Program-made: the position numbers and the translations under genes | Notes under the pieces: generated by a model | Seen by the model: the letters and a program-made list of their open reading frames with translations, nothing else | Told to the model about the DNA's origin: nothing | The model's database searches: none | Shown here: positions 26,359 through 39,432 of the stretch, in pieces | How the letters are laid out: every line of letters begins with the position of its first letter | Position numbering within the stretch: the stretch's first letter is position 1 | DNA from: Lama glama | Lineage: Eukaryota | Direction: 5' to 3' | NCBI GenBank assembly: GCA_028534125.1 | Contig: CM052816.1 | Location: 38,752,001-38,816,000, forward strand | DNA length: 64,000 nt

Positions 26359-27859
26359 GTACAGAGGGCTATACAGAACCTTTAACTTTCATTGTTTTTA
26401 CAGGTTTGAGCTTTGGGGAGTCTTTTTTATTGCTTGGGATTTTTTTCTTTATTGCTGAAGATATATTGAGTATTTTAGAATTAGATGAATATGGGTAAGC
26501 ATATATCAGCCTGCTTCTTTCCATTATCACCTACTCCACCCATAAATAGTGCATAACAAAATCACCAAGGCTGCAGTTTGATATAAAGTAAAAAAAAAAA
26601 AATCAATTCCTCTTTAAAAGGTTGATGTATTGCCAAAGCAATTTTGTAGGAAATGTTACCCTTTTGCCACTCTTAAATAATCCACCATTTCTTTCCTTCT
26701 TGCAAGCTCAGCATGTTTAGAAGAATAGGAAGAGTATGTTTGTGATAAAAATGTGTTTTTAAACCTTGCTGTGTTGGTTTGGCATACATGGCATACATGT
26801 GTTGGAGGCCATGTGGAATAGTAATTAAACAAAGGACAGAAAACAGAAACAGCCATGGCTAACCCTGACTGAGCTGTCCATGGGGACTCTGACCTCAAGC
26901 AGACCTTTGACCTCCCTTGTGGATTGGCTGGCCCTGGTCAGACCACTGATAGAACCCAGACACTCTCTAGACCTGGAGAGGGCTAAGATAGAAGCCCTTT
27001 CCCTACGTACATAATACTGCTCATCTGCTTTCAACCTTGGATCCACGAAGTATCATTTTTGGCATTTCATAATGCCAAAAAAAACAAGGCCCTTCTTGTT
27101 TTTCTCCAGTAAGCCCCCAATATTTGATGTTTCAGGTTAGCATTATTCCACACTGTATATTAAAATACATCTTGAACAAGTAAAAACTTCCTCCCAAACT
27201 ACCAGTAACATTCCTAACATGTTCAGAAATGATATTTGGAGTGATGAAATTTAGTCGAGATGCTATCTTTTTCTTGTTGTTATTCTATGCCTGATTTTTT
27301 AATAGAATTAGTAAAATATAGAAGTGGATATAAAACACAAAAGCATATAAGTGTTGGCATGAAATATGAAATTTACTTTATAGAGAACTAAGTGCCCTAA
27401 GGCAACACCACAGCTATACAGTCAGCTGCTTAGCATGAACGCTCTAAGGCAAGGATCCACCAGTCATGACGACTATTTCCCAGTCATATCCCTAGATACC
27501 CCTAGATACCCCTAGACACCAGGATCAATGGCATTTCTCCTAACATTTGCCTCAGCCCATAAAGTCTGCAAGAGGCAGACCTGCAGTAAGAGCACTTGTG
27601 TCTCCCAGAGCAGACGCATGCTTGCCTGGATGGATATCCCTCCCAGGTTGGCTCTGCATCCCCCGTGGACATGCTCCACCCTGGACTGCCTCTCCTAGCA
27701 AGAATATTTCCTTAAGAAGATCAATAATTCAAGTCAGAACCCTCCCAAAGCTGATATTACCCTTCAGGAGACCGTGAAATTGTTCCACTTGGTGGACAAT
27801 TCTGGTTCCCTGTGTTACTGTGTTTCATCAAAAGTCTGTTCCTACAACTTTCTCCTCCC

Positions 27860-28335
27860 CCTTTTACTCCTCTTCCCCCAGATCGTCCTGTTCCAGACAA
27901 ACTGACTTCTTTGAGTTGCTAGAACACGCCAAGCAAGAGCTCACTCGGGTCCTTTGCTTGGGCTGCTCCCAATACCTGGACTACTCTTCCCCCAAAAGTC
28001 CACGTTTCACTCCCATCCCATTAGAGTTTTGCTCACATTGCACCTTCTCAGGGAGGCCTCCTCAGACCGTTCAATTTTAAATTGCTGTCTGAGCTGTCCA
28101 TTCCAGCCTAGGCATACGCTATTCCCTTTCCATGTCTTACTGTTACACATAGCATTTTCACCTTCTAATGTGCTGTATATTTTACTAGTTTACTTATTCT
28201 GTCTTCTCCCAACAAAATATAGTCATGAGGGCATGGGTTTTTTCCTATTTTGATCATTGCTGTACCGAGAGCACCTGAACAGTGCCTGCCTGTAGAGTAG
28301 GCACTCGATGAACATTTGTTAAATGAAAGAATGAA
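27860..28335 (+). mobile_element. L2 LINE 3' remnant
   Basis: caccttctcagggaggcctcct...catgagggcatggg...cattgctgtaccgagagcacctgaacagtgcctg...gtaggcactcgatgaacatttgttaaatgaaagaatgaa. Confidence 0.8.
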
Positions 28336-31300
28336 TTCTGGAAGTTTTATCAGGTTTCTTTGTGTAAAACTCTATGTTCACATATAAAAACAAAAACACA
28401 CACAAAAAAAGGAAAACAATTCAGAAATTAAAATGTTGGTATTAGAAGATATTTGAATCTATAAATCTTTGCATGGATTTGACGCTCCTAGAGCTATGAG
28501 TATTTTTATACTTTATTCAATACTGTTGTTATTATAGTACTGATATCTCAGACCAGGATTTTGTAATTTTTTTTTCAGGATATACATTGCTTTGAGGAAC
28601 TGGGACATCTTTGAACTGTTTCACCAGAAAATCTTAAATTTGATATAAGCAAAAACTTATGCCTCTGTTTTTTCAAAAGGATCCTTCAGCTTCTCAAAGT
28701 CTACCCATGTACCTCAGATTAAGGGTCCCTGACATGAGTGCTCAGTGTATTTACGTAGTTCCTTCCACCATGTCTGTGCTGGGGAATTAACCAGACTAGA
28801 GGTCACGCTCTGGAGGGGCCAGGCAGCTAATGTAAATGAGTAAAGCAGGCCCCATGTGAGAAATAATGGAGTGTTGGTGGACTAGAGGGAGCATGCTCTT
28901 GGAGGAATGAGAACGCAGGCCCTGTACAGCCACGCCTTCTAGTTTTTCAAGATAGCTGGAGACCTGGGGTTTTTATCTATATAAATCTCTAGAGTATATG
29001 ACTTTTAAGGCACGGTACAGCCCGAACTGTCTACCACCTCTGAACTAGATAAATGAGAGGGAGCAGGGATGGGCATGTGGAAAGAGTTACAAAGCCAGGG
29101 GTATAAAGGAAAGCATACCTACCTGAACCTCTTAAGCCTAAATTCCGGGTTCTGGCCTGCACATTCTCAGGGAAAGGGGTTTCTCAGGCCTCAATTCTTC
29201 AGCTATAAACTGACTAAAGTATATCTTTAGGATCTCTGCCAAAGAATCAGAAATTCTATATCATAAAACATTTTAATGAGGAAACCAAATCTAGGCTACT
29301 CTGAGGGAATGACAGATAATGAGAAGGACTAAATGATACTTTACATGGCATAGAAATACTCATAATTAAGCAGCCCTTTATATGCAATATGATACAAAAC
29401 TTACACGCCGTATGTGAGATATTTTATTTCCCTGTGTCCCTAAGGAAGGAGTGATTATGAAAGCTCACACGGAGGCAAAAGATGTAGAGGACTGCAGCTC
29501 TGACAAAGTTTGTGGTCCTAAGGTCTGTGCCAAGCACCAGGAATAAAAAGATGAATAAAAAAGTTATTCCATTTTTTGTAGCAGAATATAACTCTTGGGA
29601 TAAGAAATGCCTTCTTATGAAATTGGGAACTTTCCACATTCATGCCCATTTCAACATCTCTCAGTAAATTAGCAAGTCCAGGGTCCAGGGTCCAGGGTCC
29701 AGCTGCAATGTTCCTGCTATGTGCCAGCAGGGCTCCACCCAGAGCTTCCTCTCCTTGGTCTCTATTTCACTTCCCAGGCTTCCTCCTGGCTTTCAAGGTG
29801 GTTGTTTTCTACTCGCACACTCTTGTTTGATAAAACATTAGTGTGTTTTTTAAATGGAATAACATACCGTCTCTACAAATGTACAGTGTGTATTTTAACA
29901 GAGTTTTTCAAGATGCTTGAGTGTCATCATTCCCGCACCAAGCAAACTGCCTGATGTTCAATAAACATCCATTGGGTATTTATGGAATGAGGAAGAGGCA
30001 TACATGTGAATGAAGCTTACTGAGATATACAGGTTCAATTCACCAAATAAAAACATTCTATCAGCTTGAAGTGTTCAAGGATTATGCTGATTCAGGTAGT
30101 AAACAAGCAGTCAATTTGAGTCTCAGAAGTGTTCAAGCTGAGACTGAACGACTGCTTGGTAGAAATCTTGTAGAATTGTTTTAAGCATATAGAACATGTT
30201 TGGACAAAATTACCTTCTACATTTTTGCAAACCTGAGATTCTACAAATACCAGGCAGGGCAAATGGGAGTGATGCTTTGCTTTCAGTGGACATTACAGTG
30301 GTTCGCAAATCACATTACGAAACATACCGTAGGACATATATTTTCTCATTTGAGTATTTAAGATTCTAGAGGAAAACTTTTCTTGCCATCTCATAGGGGT
30401 ATATTTCCATCACACCCACTTTCCTAGGTTCATAGGACTTCTTTTTCCTCCAACAATTTCAGAAAACAATTGCTTCAAATGTAAAATATTTGACAATAGA
30501 ATATTTTCCTTCTCAAGGATGCCTTCAGAGTCAACCTAGACGCTTAATCTCAACAAATAGTAAAACCAGAGTGAGCATTGAAGAAACTAGCTAGAGGCCA
30601 ACTCTGTAGCATTTTCAAAAGCTCTACCACTCTATAAAATTTCAGAGGGCAAAAAACTCATCTTGCTCATAGCTATCATCTTAGCAACCAGCACAATGGA
30701 AATTAGTATATGGAAAGTTAACAGTAAATATTATAGAATGCATATCATTTTTCTGTCACCCTCTTAAACCCTAGAGAAGAGATAGGAGTCAACAGCACAG
30801 TTATGGAAAATACAAGGGAATTAGATGATGACTCTTCTCCCTTCCCATATCTTTAGCCCTGACAAGCAAGGTTTAAATTGTTATGTAAACAGATTAATAA
30901 TAAGTATATATAAAAATAAAGAGGATAATTTATTCATGGATATATCCCATCTATTATTTAAATAGTTTGAGAACCAATGGTGATACTGATAAATTAGATT
31001 TTAATTTGCAAAGGACAAATCTTAAAAACTTATTTGCTCCTGGGAATCGAATAAAAATAAAGGATAAAATTTGGTTTCTTTTTAAGTGATGTTGCTTGCC
31101 TATTGTATAGTATCAAAAAGTGAAAGCAAAAAGAATCCTAACTGATTCTAGCCTATCAAATTACTTTCTAGGTATTACGTGCTCTGTTCTTTGAGTTTTC
31201 TTTTATTTCACTTTATCAGTTATTTTTTTAACGTTTACTGTATTTCAACTAGTTTCTCTGTAATTTTCTTAATTCTAATTAATATATAGTCTCATGGCTT

Positions 31301-31916
31301 GTGATGACAGAAAGCAGCAGTTTGGAAGTATATTAAGTATTTCAAGTTGTTATTTATTCAAATGTAAAATTATCAAAGCCTTTAGGCAATTTGGCTTTTT
31401 TTCCCCTTTTCCTCATTTTGAACCAACACATGCAGCAAGAAAAGTATCATGAAATTTGTATTCTCATGATAGAAGTCAAACTGTAAAGAACCTGAGTTTA
31501 ATAGTAAACTTATCATAGATTGTAATTAACCAATTCAGGTAACAATATCTTGTCTTCTTATTGAAATTTCAGGGGACATAATTAACAGTTTATTTGCACT
31601 GTGCCTCTCCAGAACAACTAATATAATGTATCAAGCATACTGCTGGTGCCCAAGGAATGTCTAGTGAATTGAAATCCAGTTGAGGCAATGCACAGTGATT
31701 CCCCCCTATATAAATCTATTTTCAATCCATATGGCTCTTTCCTGCTTTTTTTCTTTCTTTCTTTCTTTTGATTAATATAACTTTAGAAAGTGAATCATAA
31801 AAGTTGAATGAAATCATTCTACTTGTAGTCTATAATGACTGTTTCAAAAACTGCAATATTTGAAATTCTATCTTGAAATGTTGTCTCACTTTCATACTTA
31901 ACATGGTTTAATCTAG

Positions 31917-32108
31917 ATTGGAATTTGGAAATAAACAGCCTCCGAAAGTTATCCCAAGAATTGGCTCCCAGAGGTGCAAGGGCCAGTGATGGTTCCCAGG
32001 AAGAAGCGGTAGACCAGTGGGCCAGGAGGGGGCAGCAGTTCAAAGACGGCAAAAGGTGCAGCTCAGCAGGCGGAAGTTCATTTACCAGCAACATCACTGA
32101 AGGATCCA
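31917..32108 (+). CDS. PDZPH1: PDZPH1 coding exon (pre-PDZ linker)
   Basis: ctAG acceptor, CCA|GTGAGT donor. 192 nt, phase 1-1. (D)WNLEINSLRKLSQELAPRGARASDGSQEEAVDQWARRGQQFKDGKRCSSAGGSSFTSNITEGS. Confidence 0.88.
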
Positions 32109-32614
32109 GTGAGTAGACAATTGCCTTCTTTCCCAAAACCGGAGCAAAGGCAACAACTTACTGAAGCTTAACCAAGTCCCCTCCTTCTTATCTTCATAAT
32201 ATAAACCCTATTGTTTGACCATGGCAATGTGGTGATTATATGCTTTTATATGAAAGATATTTTTAGAATAATCAACTCTTTACTACCCACTAAGGAATCT
32301 CAATGTGGTAAATTACCTCCTTCAAAACACACAACTGCCTACTAAAGCTAGTTTTTTCTTCAGAAACTGAGATAACCAATCATAGGGTTCTTTACTGAAT
32401 TAAATGTCTCTTATTTCAAAGAATTTTGAGTTGTTTACAGAAACACATTTAGTGCCAAAAGATAAGATTAATATGTTTGATCGTAAGAAACAATTTTCTT
32501 CTTGATTTAACATTTCTGAAACAAGGAATCGTCTTTAAGAAGATGCATACTTTAGTGAGATAGTGATACTTCTCCTGCTGTTGAAAAGATGTCATTGAAT
32601 CAGCACCATACCTC

Positions 32615-33120
32615 TGTCAGGGAGGGAAAAACCTTCCTCTACCCTTCTAGGTTCTTTTGGCTCACCTAAGAATTAAATTGACATAAGATAGATTAATAGG
32701 AGAAAAATTTAATTTCATAGGTATGGGAACTCCACATACATGAGAGGGTCAGAGGCCTCACATACATGAGAAGTTTAAAGGCAGAAAGGTAAAATCAGGT
32801 ACATATGCCATCCTGAGCTAAGTTGGAATGAGGTGGGAGCCTGGGGCTTTCAAGGACAGAAAGGTCATTCACGGGATGATAAGGAGAGCAGGTATTTGGT
32901 AATTAGATGTTTGTCCTGCAGTATAGATGAAGCCACTTAGATAATATTTACCTCTGGCATTAACTCCTTTTCTGGGAAAAATCCCCAATCTAAGCTCTTC
33001 TAGGTGGTTGAGGGAGGGGCAGTATTCTCCTGAGTCCAGAGGGCTTCACTGCCTTTAGCTGAAAATAATCCACAAGCCAAAGAGGCACATCTTGGGGAGG
33101 CCTGTTCTAAACTCCCATAC
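32615..33120 (-). mobile_element. ERV1-class solo LTR
   Basis: Begins tgtcagggaggg; contains aattaaattgacataagatagattaatagg and ends ...gccaaagaggcacatcttggggaggcctgttctaaactccca, resembling antisense ERV1 LTRs. Family not resolved. Confidence 0.6.
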
Positions 33121-33239
33121 CGTAGTCCCACAATCAATGGTAAACTGAAAATGGAAGGCTGAAGGGAAATATGGGTTAAAAGCAAGTGGGAGAGGCATCA
33201 GTACATAGCACACTTAGTATGAGGACTGAGATTTTTAGA

Positions 33240-33690
33240 ACACATGATGTTAGAGCTGTGAGTTCATTTTATTGGAAGCCCTTACTGAGAACTACAGCCT
33301 GGGAGACAGCCTGTCAGATAGCTCTGGGGAACTGCTCCAAAGAGGTAGGGAAGGAGCCAGTATATATATATGATTTTTTTTTTTTTACCTAAGAAATACA
33401 TGTAGTCAAGCACACATCTTGGTAAGAGATTACTGCTAGTCACAAGGAACAGATATCTCACGTTAATGATTTTACTACTTACCTATGAGAAGATAACAAG
33501 ACTCTTGGGTCATTGAAATTATTCCTTAGATATTCATCTTAACTATTTCAGGGCCCATTTATCTAAAACACAGAATGTGTCATCCCGTTTTTCATACTGA
33601 ATTCCTTTCAGGGTGTAACTGAAGGTCAGTGACCGTAGTGGCTAGTGACCTGATCCTTGTAGAACTAGATGGCTTATTTTGCAACTAGAT
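33240..33690 (-). mobile_element. MER41-like ERV1 solo LTR
   Basis: tttattgg...gagaactacagcctgggagacagcctgtcagatagctctggggaactgctccaaagaggtaggg...gaattcctttcagggtg, resembling antisense MER41-family LTRs. Confidence 0.6.
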
Positions 33691-33719
33691 GTTTGTGCTT
33701 CTTAATCTTCTTCACCGAT

Positions 33720-34950
33720 TTCTTAAATTTTTGCTTGCACATATACTATTGTATAGGGTTGCTTTACTATCACTCTCTTGTTCACAGACTCTTGAAATAC
33801 CATCCTGGAGAATATTTTTCTTATATCAGACTTCTAATAAAATATTTCCACTGCTACACATTTTGTTGTAATGTTCATTTTTTTCCACTCCCATTTCTTC
33901 TTCCCCTTATCAATTACTATATTGATATAGTCTAGAATTTGATTTGGATTTTTTAGAATCAATACTTTTAAAAATCAGCACAATATAGTTCATTAATGTT
34001 TCTTCACACTGCTTTTGCACCAATTACTTCCAATGGGATTTGTCTTCTTTTTCTTCTTACTATAGTAATCCCCTTATAACTTTTTCAGAGAGATTCTTTG
34101 GGAAGTAAAAACTAAGTAATTATATATCTGAAAAGGTATTCACTTGCCTCTTAGTTCTGAAAGATAGTTTGGTATATAATTCTAGGTTCAAATTACTACA
34201 GAAATTGGCTATCTTCCAGTAACCAGTGGTGCTGGAGAGAAGTCTGAATTTGATCTCATTCTCACAACTTTTGTCATTAATTCAACTTTTGTCTCTATTA
34301 GCTCTTACAGTGTTTTCTCTTTACCCTTGGCATTCTAAATTTTTTTCTAGTACATATCTCAGTGTGTATACTTTAAATATATTTTCACATTTGGCATCCC
34401 ATAAGCTATGACATGCTGGTGACTCATATCTTTCTTCAGGTCTCATTAATTCTCAGATACAATTTCTCTAAATACTGCTTTTCTTTTTCCTCTATTGTCT
34501 CATAACAGCATCCCTTTAAAAGAAACATTTAAAATTCTGGATCTATCCTCCAGATGTCTCAGTTTTTCTTTTGTACTTTGCATCTCTTCGTCAATTTGTG
34601 CTCCATTCTGAGAAAATTCCTTAGCTCCATCTTTCAACTCAAGAATTCACCCTGCATTCAAATCCTTCCTCTCTTTAGCCTTTTTAAAAATGTTATTATT
34701 TCAACAACTCTGTTTTTAATTTCAAAGGATCTCTAGATGGTTCTTTTTTACTGAACATTTTTATCTCTTGTATTTCTGAGAACATTAAAGGTATTGTATA
34801 AAGTTTTAATCTAATTGCTCTATCAACTATCTCCTTAGTACCTATTTCACACTTGCTGAATTTGTTATCTTTCTTTGATAATGTTGGCATTTCTCAAATG
34901 CTTTGTGATTTTCGACTAGGTGCTTATTCTTTGGTTCAAATTCTCTGTTC
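33720..34950 (-). mobile_element. Ancient L1 remnant (antisense, T-rich)
   Basis: tatatatctgaaaaggtattcacttgcctc...aaagatagtttggtatataattctaggtt...gagaagtctga, resembling antisense L1 ORF1/ORF2 region. Confidence 0.55.
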
Positions 34951-35338
34951 ACTTGAGGCCTCCAACTGAGCACCTGGGCAGGTAGCAAAGGATCCATTAC
35001 GGTTTTTGCTGTATTCAATATAAGAAAGAATGCTTCAGGTTGCAATAAATGACTTACCCCTGCACAAGATATTCTATATCCCATCTGGGTGTCCTCTGTC
35101 CTCAATCTTTAACTTTTTGATACATCCTTTTTTTCTTCTGGAGGTAGGTAAAATCATTGCTGCTACTTGACTCATAGTGGAGTTTCTAAGTGAGGAATGT
35201 GTAGACATCAAACTACTTGCCGTTTCTGCTGTACTGCTCCAACTGATTGTCCTGTTTTTTGCACCTGGGGCCTCTCTAGCTCCTGGGTTCTCACTCTCTG
35301 TCATGCTCCCCACCATTCTGCATCAAAACGTTCTCATA

Positions 35339-35763
35339 GATAAGCCAGACAGAGAAAGACAAGTACTGTATGATATCATTTATATGCAGAATCTAAAAAA
35401 GCCAAATTCATCAAAACAGAGTAATATGGTGGTTACCAGGGAATGGGGGGTAGGGGGATAGAACAGATGCTGTTTAAGGGTACAAACTTGCAATGAGTAG
35501 TAAATAAATCCTAGAGATAAAATGCACAGTACAGTACATATAGACAACAGTATTGTATTATAACCATCACATTTGCTAGGAGACTAGAATTTAATTATTA
35601 CCACCACTAAAAAGAAAGGATAATCATGTAATGTGATAGAGGCCCTGGCTGTCACTACAATGACAATCATTTTACAATGTATAAATGTATCAAATTAACA
35701 TGGTATACCTGAAATTTACATAATGTTATATGTCAAATGTATTTCAATAGGAAAAAAAAAAAA
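35339..35763 (+). mobile_element. 5'-truncated L1 (L1MA-like 3' end) with poly(A) tail
   Basis: ataagccagacagagaaagacaagtactgtatgatatcattt...gtggttaccaggg...aagggtacaaactt...atgttatatgtcaaatgtatttcaatagg(A)12. Possible decayed TSD aaaacgttctcata / aaaagctgtctcaca. Confidence 0.85.
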
Positions 35764-36129
35764 GCTGTCTCACAAACATCCTCTGCTGTGATTTCACTCT
35801 GTGATTCTGGATTTCAGGTATTTCCCAGTTACTGGTGTACTGAGAATTCCCTTCTTGCTTTCAAACACAGCTATAGATCGTAAGATACATACCATACTAC
35901 ACATATACACACATCCCCCATTTCCTTCCTGATTTTCCTCTGGATTTTGAAACACCTCTCTCCTTATGATGAAGAAAAATTCACCTGCAATCCCTGCTTC
36001 TACATATGGGCAATTGAACCCATCACATAGTTCATAAAACAGAAGACCTTGCAGAAATTTGGACCTATCCATAAACATGTTTTCTAGCATTCCTATCAAA
36101 ATAGCATACTGGGTCTGTGTTTCGTCCAA

Positions 36130-36590
36130 TAGTGGACTTGAATCCACATCTGCAGTAGCTTCCATTTGCCCCTGACTTCCTTTCTCACCCTTCTCTACCT
36201 TACTGTCTGCCCCAGTAGTCTCACCTCTGTGGACTATTATTTGCGCACTGGCTTCCTGTGGCCAAGAGGTAAGATCAGCAGAAGCCTGGAGGGAGTGAGG
36301 AGAATGAAATCCTGGTATTAGTGCCTCAGATCTGTCCCTATGGTTGTGAGGGCTGCTTGTGTCCCTAAAGCCACACTCTTACAATGTGGTCCTTTCCACA
36401 TTGCCTGCTATGGCTCTGGGGTCTGGTAACTGGCACCTGCTTCCCCACTTAACTATTTCAGTCTTAGATGGACTGGTCTATCACACCTGATTTCCTTAAG
36501 TCCTGTCCACAGTTTGTAAACAGGATTTTTATTAAACTCTCCTCAAATTACTCATTTGAGTATGTCATCAATTCATGCCACAACCTATGA
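36130..36590 (+). mobile_element. ERVL-class LTR remnant (LTR33/LTR16-like)
   Basis: ctggcttcctgtggccaag...cagaagcctggagggagtgaggagaatga...tttgtaaacagg...ttattaaactctcctcaaattactcatttgagt. Confidence 0.5.
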
Positions 36591-36609
36591 CATACCAGTG
36601 CTCTGTTCT

Positions 36610-37085
36610 GATATTACAGCAACGATCAAGTACCACTTTTACTACATGTTGGTAAGATGGAGCTGTTTATTGCTTACAGAGATAAGGGAGGGTATTCCCG
36701 GACAGAGGCTTGGTAATGCCTCACAGGGAGAAAGGTAAAGCCTGATTTTACTGAGCATTAGAAATTTGATTTAAGGCAGGTCTTTCAATGCAAGAGCTTG
36801 ATTAGGACTGGGTAACAATCATGATTTAAAAGCTTAGGACTTAGGGAAATGGCAAGGTGAGGATTTTGAGGGTTTCAAAGAGATTGTTTCAAATAAACTA
36901 TCTGTTGGTGCATTCTGTTGAAAAGCTGATGGTTGCAGGAGAAGTTCCTGTAATGAACCATAAAGGTATCTATCTGCCTGATCAGGAGTCTTCTGGAGAG
37001 TAAAATGTGTTACTTAAGACTGTGGAATAAGGTCATGTTAATTTAGACAGTAAGATGTGTGGGAGTGGATGGTTTTGGTCCTCAC
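36610..37085 (-). mobile_element. ERV1-class LTR remnant
   Basis: agctgtttattgcttacagagataaggg...tttaaggcaggtctttcaatg...ggatggttttggtcctca. Family not resolved. Confidence 0.5.
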
Positions 37086-37403
37086 TGCCCAAACTGTAAA
37101 AGAGGATGGAGGTTTTGTTCTCAATGTTCTCACACCTTTCCTAATCTTGAGGCAAATAAACAGGCAAAAATTCACCAAAGTTGATTTCCCCAAACTGGAT
37201 TTCTTAGACAGCAATATTCTGGGACTGCCATTCATGTTTTTCTTTGTCTTTTGTTTGATTAACTTGCAGGCTTTGAAATTTTTATTTCTTTTCATCTAAG
37301 AATACAAAGTTTGTGTTACATATGTAAATCAGATACAACTGCCACTTGCCCTACTCTTCCAGGTCCCCCAAAGAATGCACTCACACAAAAGCAGTACAGT
37401 TTG

Positions 37404-37505
37404 CAGACAGCCCTCTGTATCCTCGGGGAACGGTTTCCAGGACCCTTCCCTTGTGGATACCAAAATCCCAGAATGCTCAAGTCTCTTATATAAAAGGGCA
37501 TAGTA
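37404..37505 (+). mobile_element. MER2-like (TcMar-Tigger) terminal fragment
   Basis: cagccctctgtatcctcgggg...ttccaggaccc...ggataccaaaatcc...atgctcaagtctcttatataaaagggcatagta. Confidence 0.8.
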
Positions 37506-39199
37506 CCAGTGAGACAGAGTCCTCTGAAGGCATCAAAGGAGAGACAGAGGGGAGGGCTTCCATCACATACTCCACAGCATACAGCCTGAAATCTCCTCTA
37601 GATACTCTACTTTGAAGACCCCTGTGCTGTCCTGTAGTCACCCAATGAGGACCTTCTATCCCTCACATAATACACATAGTCACTAAGTTCTGTTTTCTCC
37701 TCTTTGGGTTTTCCCTTGGACCCTTGAAATTTCTCTCTTTTATACTGCAGAAAATTCAACTGCAGTTCATACCTCTAAAGCCATGTAACCAAAATTATCA
37801 AGGTGTTCAACAATCAGAAGCCACTCATCTTAAAGGCTAAGAAGGAGGAAGCTGAGGGAAGAACAATTTGGTAATAAATAAATAGAAATAAAATTTTACA
37901 TATAATAACAAAAATCTGTTACATACAGCAATACTGCTGTTTCCACTGCTACCTGGAACAACTTACGCTTACTAAAAAATCAGATTGAATGGAAACTTTG
38001 TTTAGTTTGACTAACTACAGATGATCTTCATTTGCCATAGAGAAAGGGACCATTTTCTCTAGTCTTCAGTTCTTTCTGATACAGGAGGATCAGATTCTTC
38101 TAGTAGTTCACTGTGTCTTTTAGTTCCCTAGACTCCTTCAGGCCAACTCTATTTCATCCTTTGTTTTGTGGACAAATCCTCCACTACCAGTGCTCTTTCA
38201 CATTCATGTCTGCTCTGCATTTCTTGAGAAAAAGGAGCAACTATAGGCATGTCGGAATTAGCTCACTGTGATTTACCATAGCCAACTGCGCACATTTTTT
38301 TCTAACACAGCAATTCAGTAACATCAGGTTAGTAGCTTAAAACTGGCCATGGTGGGGTTATTTATACAATGGAAGCTGGCAAGCACTACAAATCAGGGTT
38401 TTTTGGTTTGTATTTTTTTTTCAATTTGGAGAGTCATTTGTTAAACATTTAGCAGTACCTACTTGAAACAACACAGGAATCAGTTGTATAACTTACACAA
38501 ATTCAAATTCAGGCCAAAATAACATAATCATTTTAATTAAAACAATGATTATTTCCTTTGGGTTGAATTCCGTTTTGAATGAAAACTTACACTAACAATT
38601 TGTTTCGGATTAGACATGAGGGAATTGAACTACCATTTTATTTTTCAGTTTATCCAAGTCAGAGACATTCAGAAGGCATGTTGTATTTCTTCAGAAACTT
38701 TTCAGTAGGGACTGCAATTCAGTAAGAGCTGCTGGAGCTAGCATTGTTTAATGTGTGGTTTAAATTTTATCTCATTTATAGAGTCAGGATATGCTACTAA
38801 TCCATGACTTAAAATCTGACAGCTTTATTGAGCATCATTACAGCTGGTGTTTCTCAGCCTGTTAATCTCACTCATCTCTGACTTCCTACATAATAACTGG
38901 AAAAGACATTAGGAATGACATATTTATGTGTGTGGACACAGTTGATCAATCCATCTAGGCTGTGGGGAATGCTGACTAAGGCATACCAGGTAAATAACTT
39001 GGAGGCTGTAAGCTGAAGTCAGAACGGGCTGCAAAATGGAGCTCTGATTTTTATAATCTCGAATGGCTTCTGTATTACAAACAGATGTTGTAAGAATTTG
39101 GGTCTAATTGTGTGAGGATACTTGATAGCATTTCTCTTATTTCATTCAGCTATAAGAATTATTATGGAAATGTATTTCCGTAAGAAAAGAGCTCCGATG

Positions 39200-39432
39200 G
39201 CTAATAACAAGAGCCAACAATCACGTTGTGCTTATTATGCCAGGCTTTACAATATAAATGAGTTTAAGTACTGTATTTTCACCCTGACTTTACTAAATGA
39301 GGAATCTGAGTCATGGAGAGGATAAGTGACTTACCCAGTGTCACTCAGCTCTAATTAGTGGTAGAGCTGGGTTTCAAACCCAGACAGCCAGAGCAGGAGT
39401 CCATGCTCTTGAACACTGCAACACACTGCCTC
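39200..39432 (-). mobile_element. MIR remnant
   Basis: tttactaaatgaggaatctgagtcatggagaggataagtgacttacccagtgtcactcagct...gagctgggtttcaaacccagacag. Confidence 0.8.

Noticed and set aside
24054..26498. 814-aa ORF as a single-exon gene
   Set aside because: It starts at TTG and runs through a poly-T acceptor tract (FFFFF). Splice sites at 24118 and 26358 and in-frame downstream exons show it is an internal exon.
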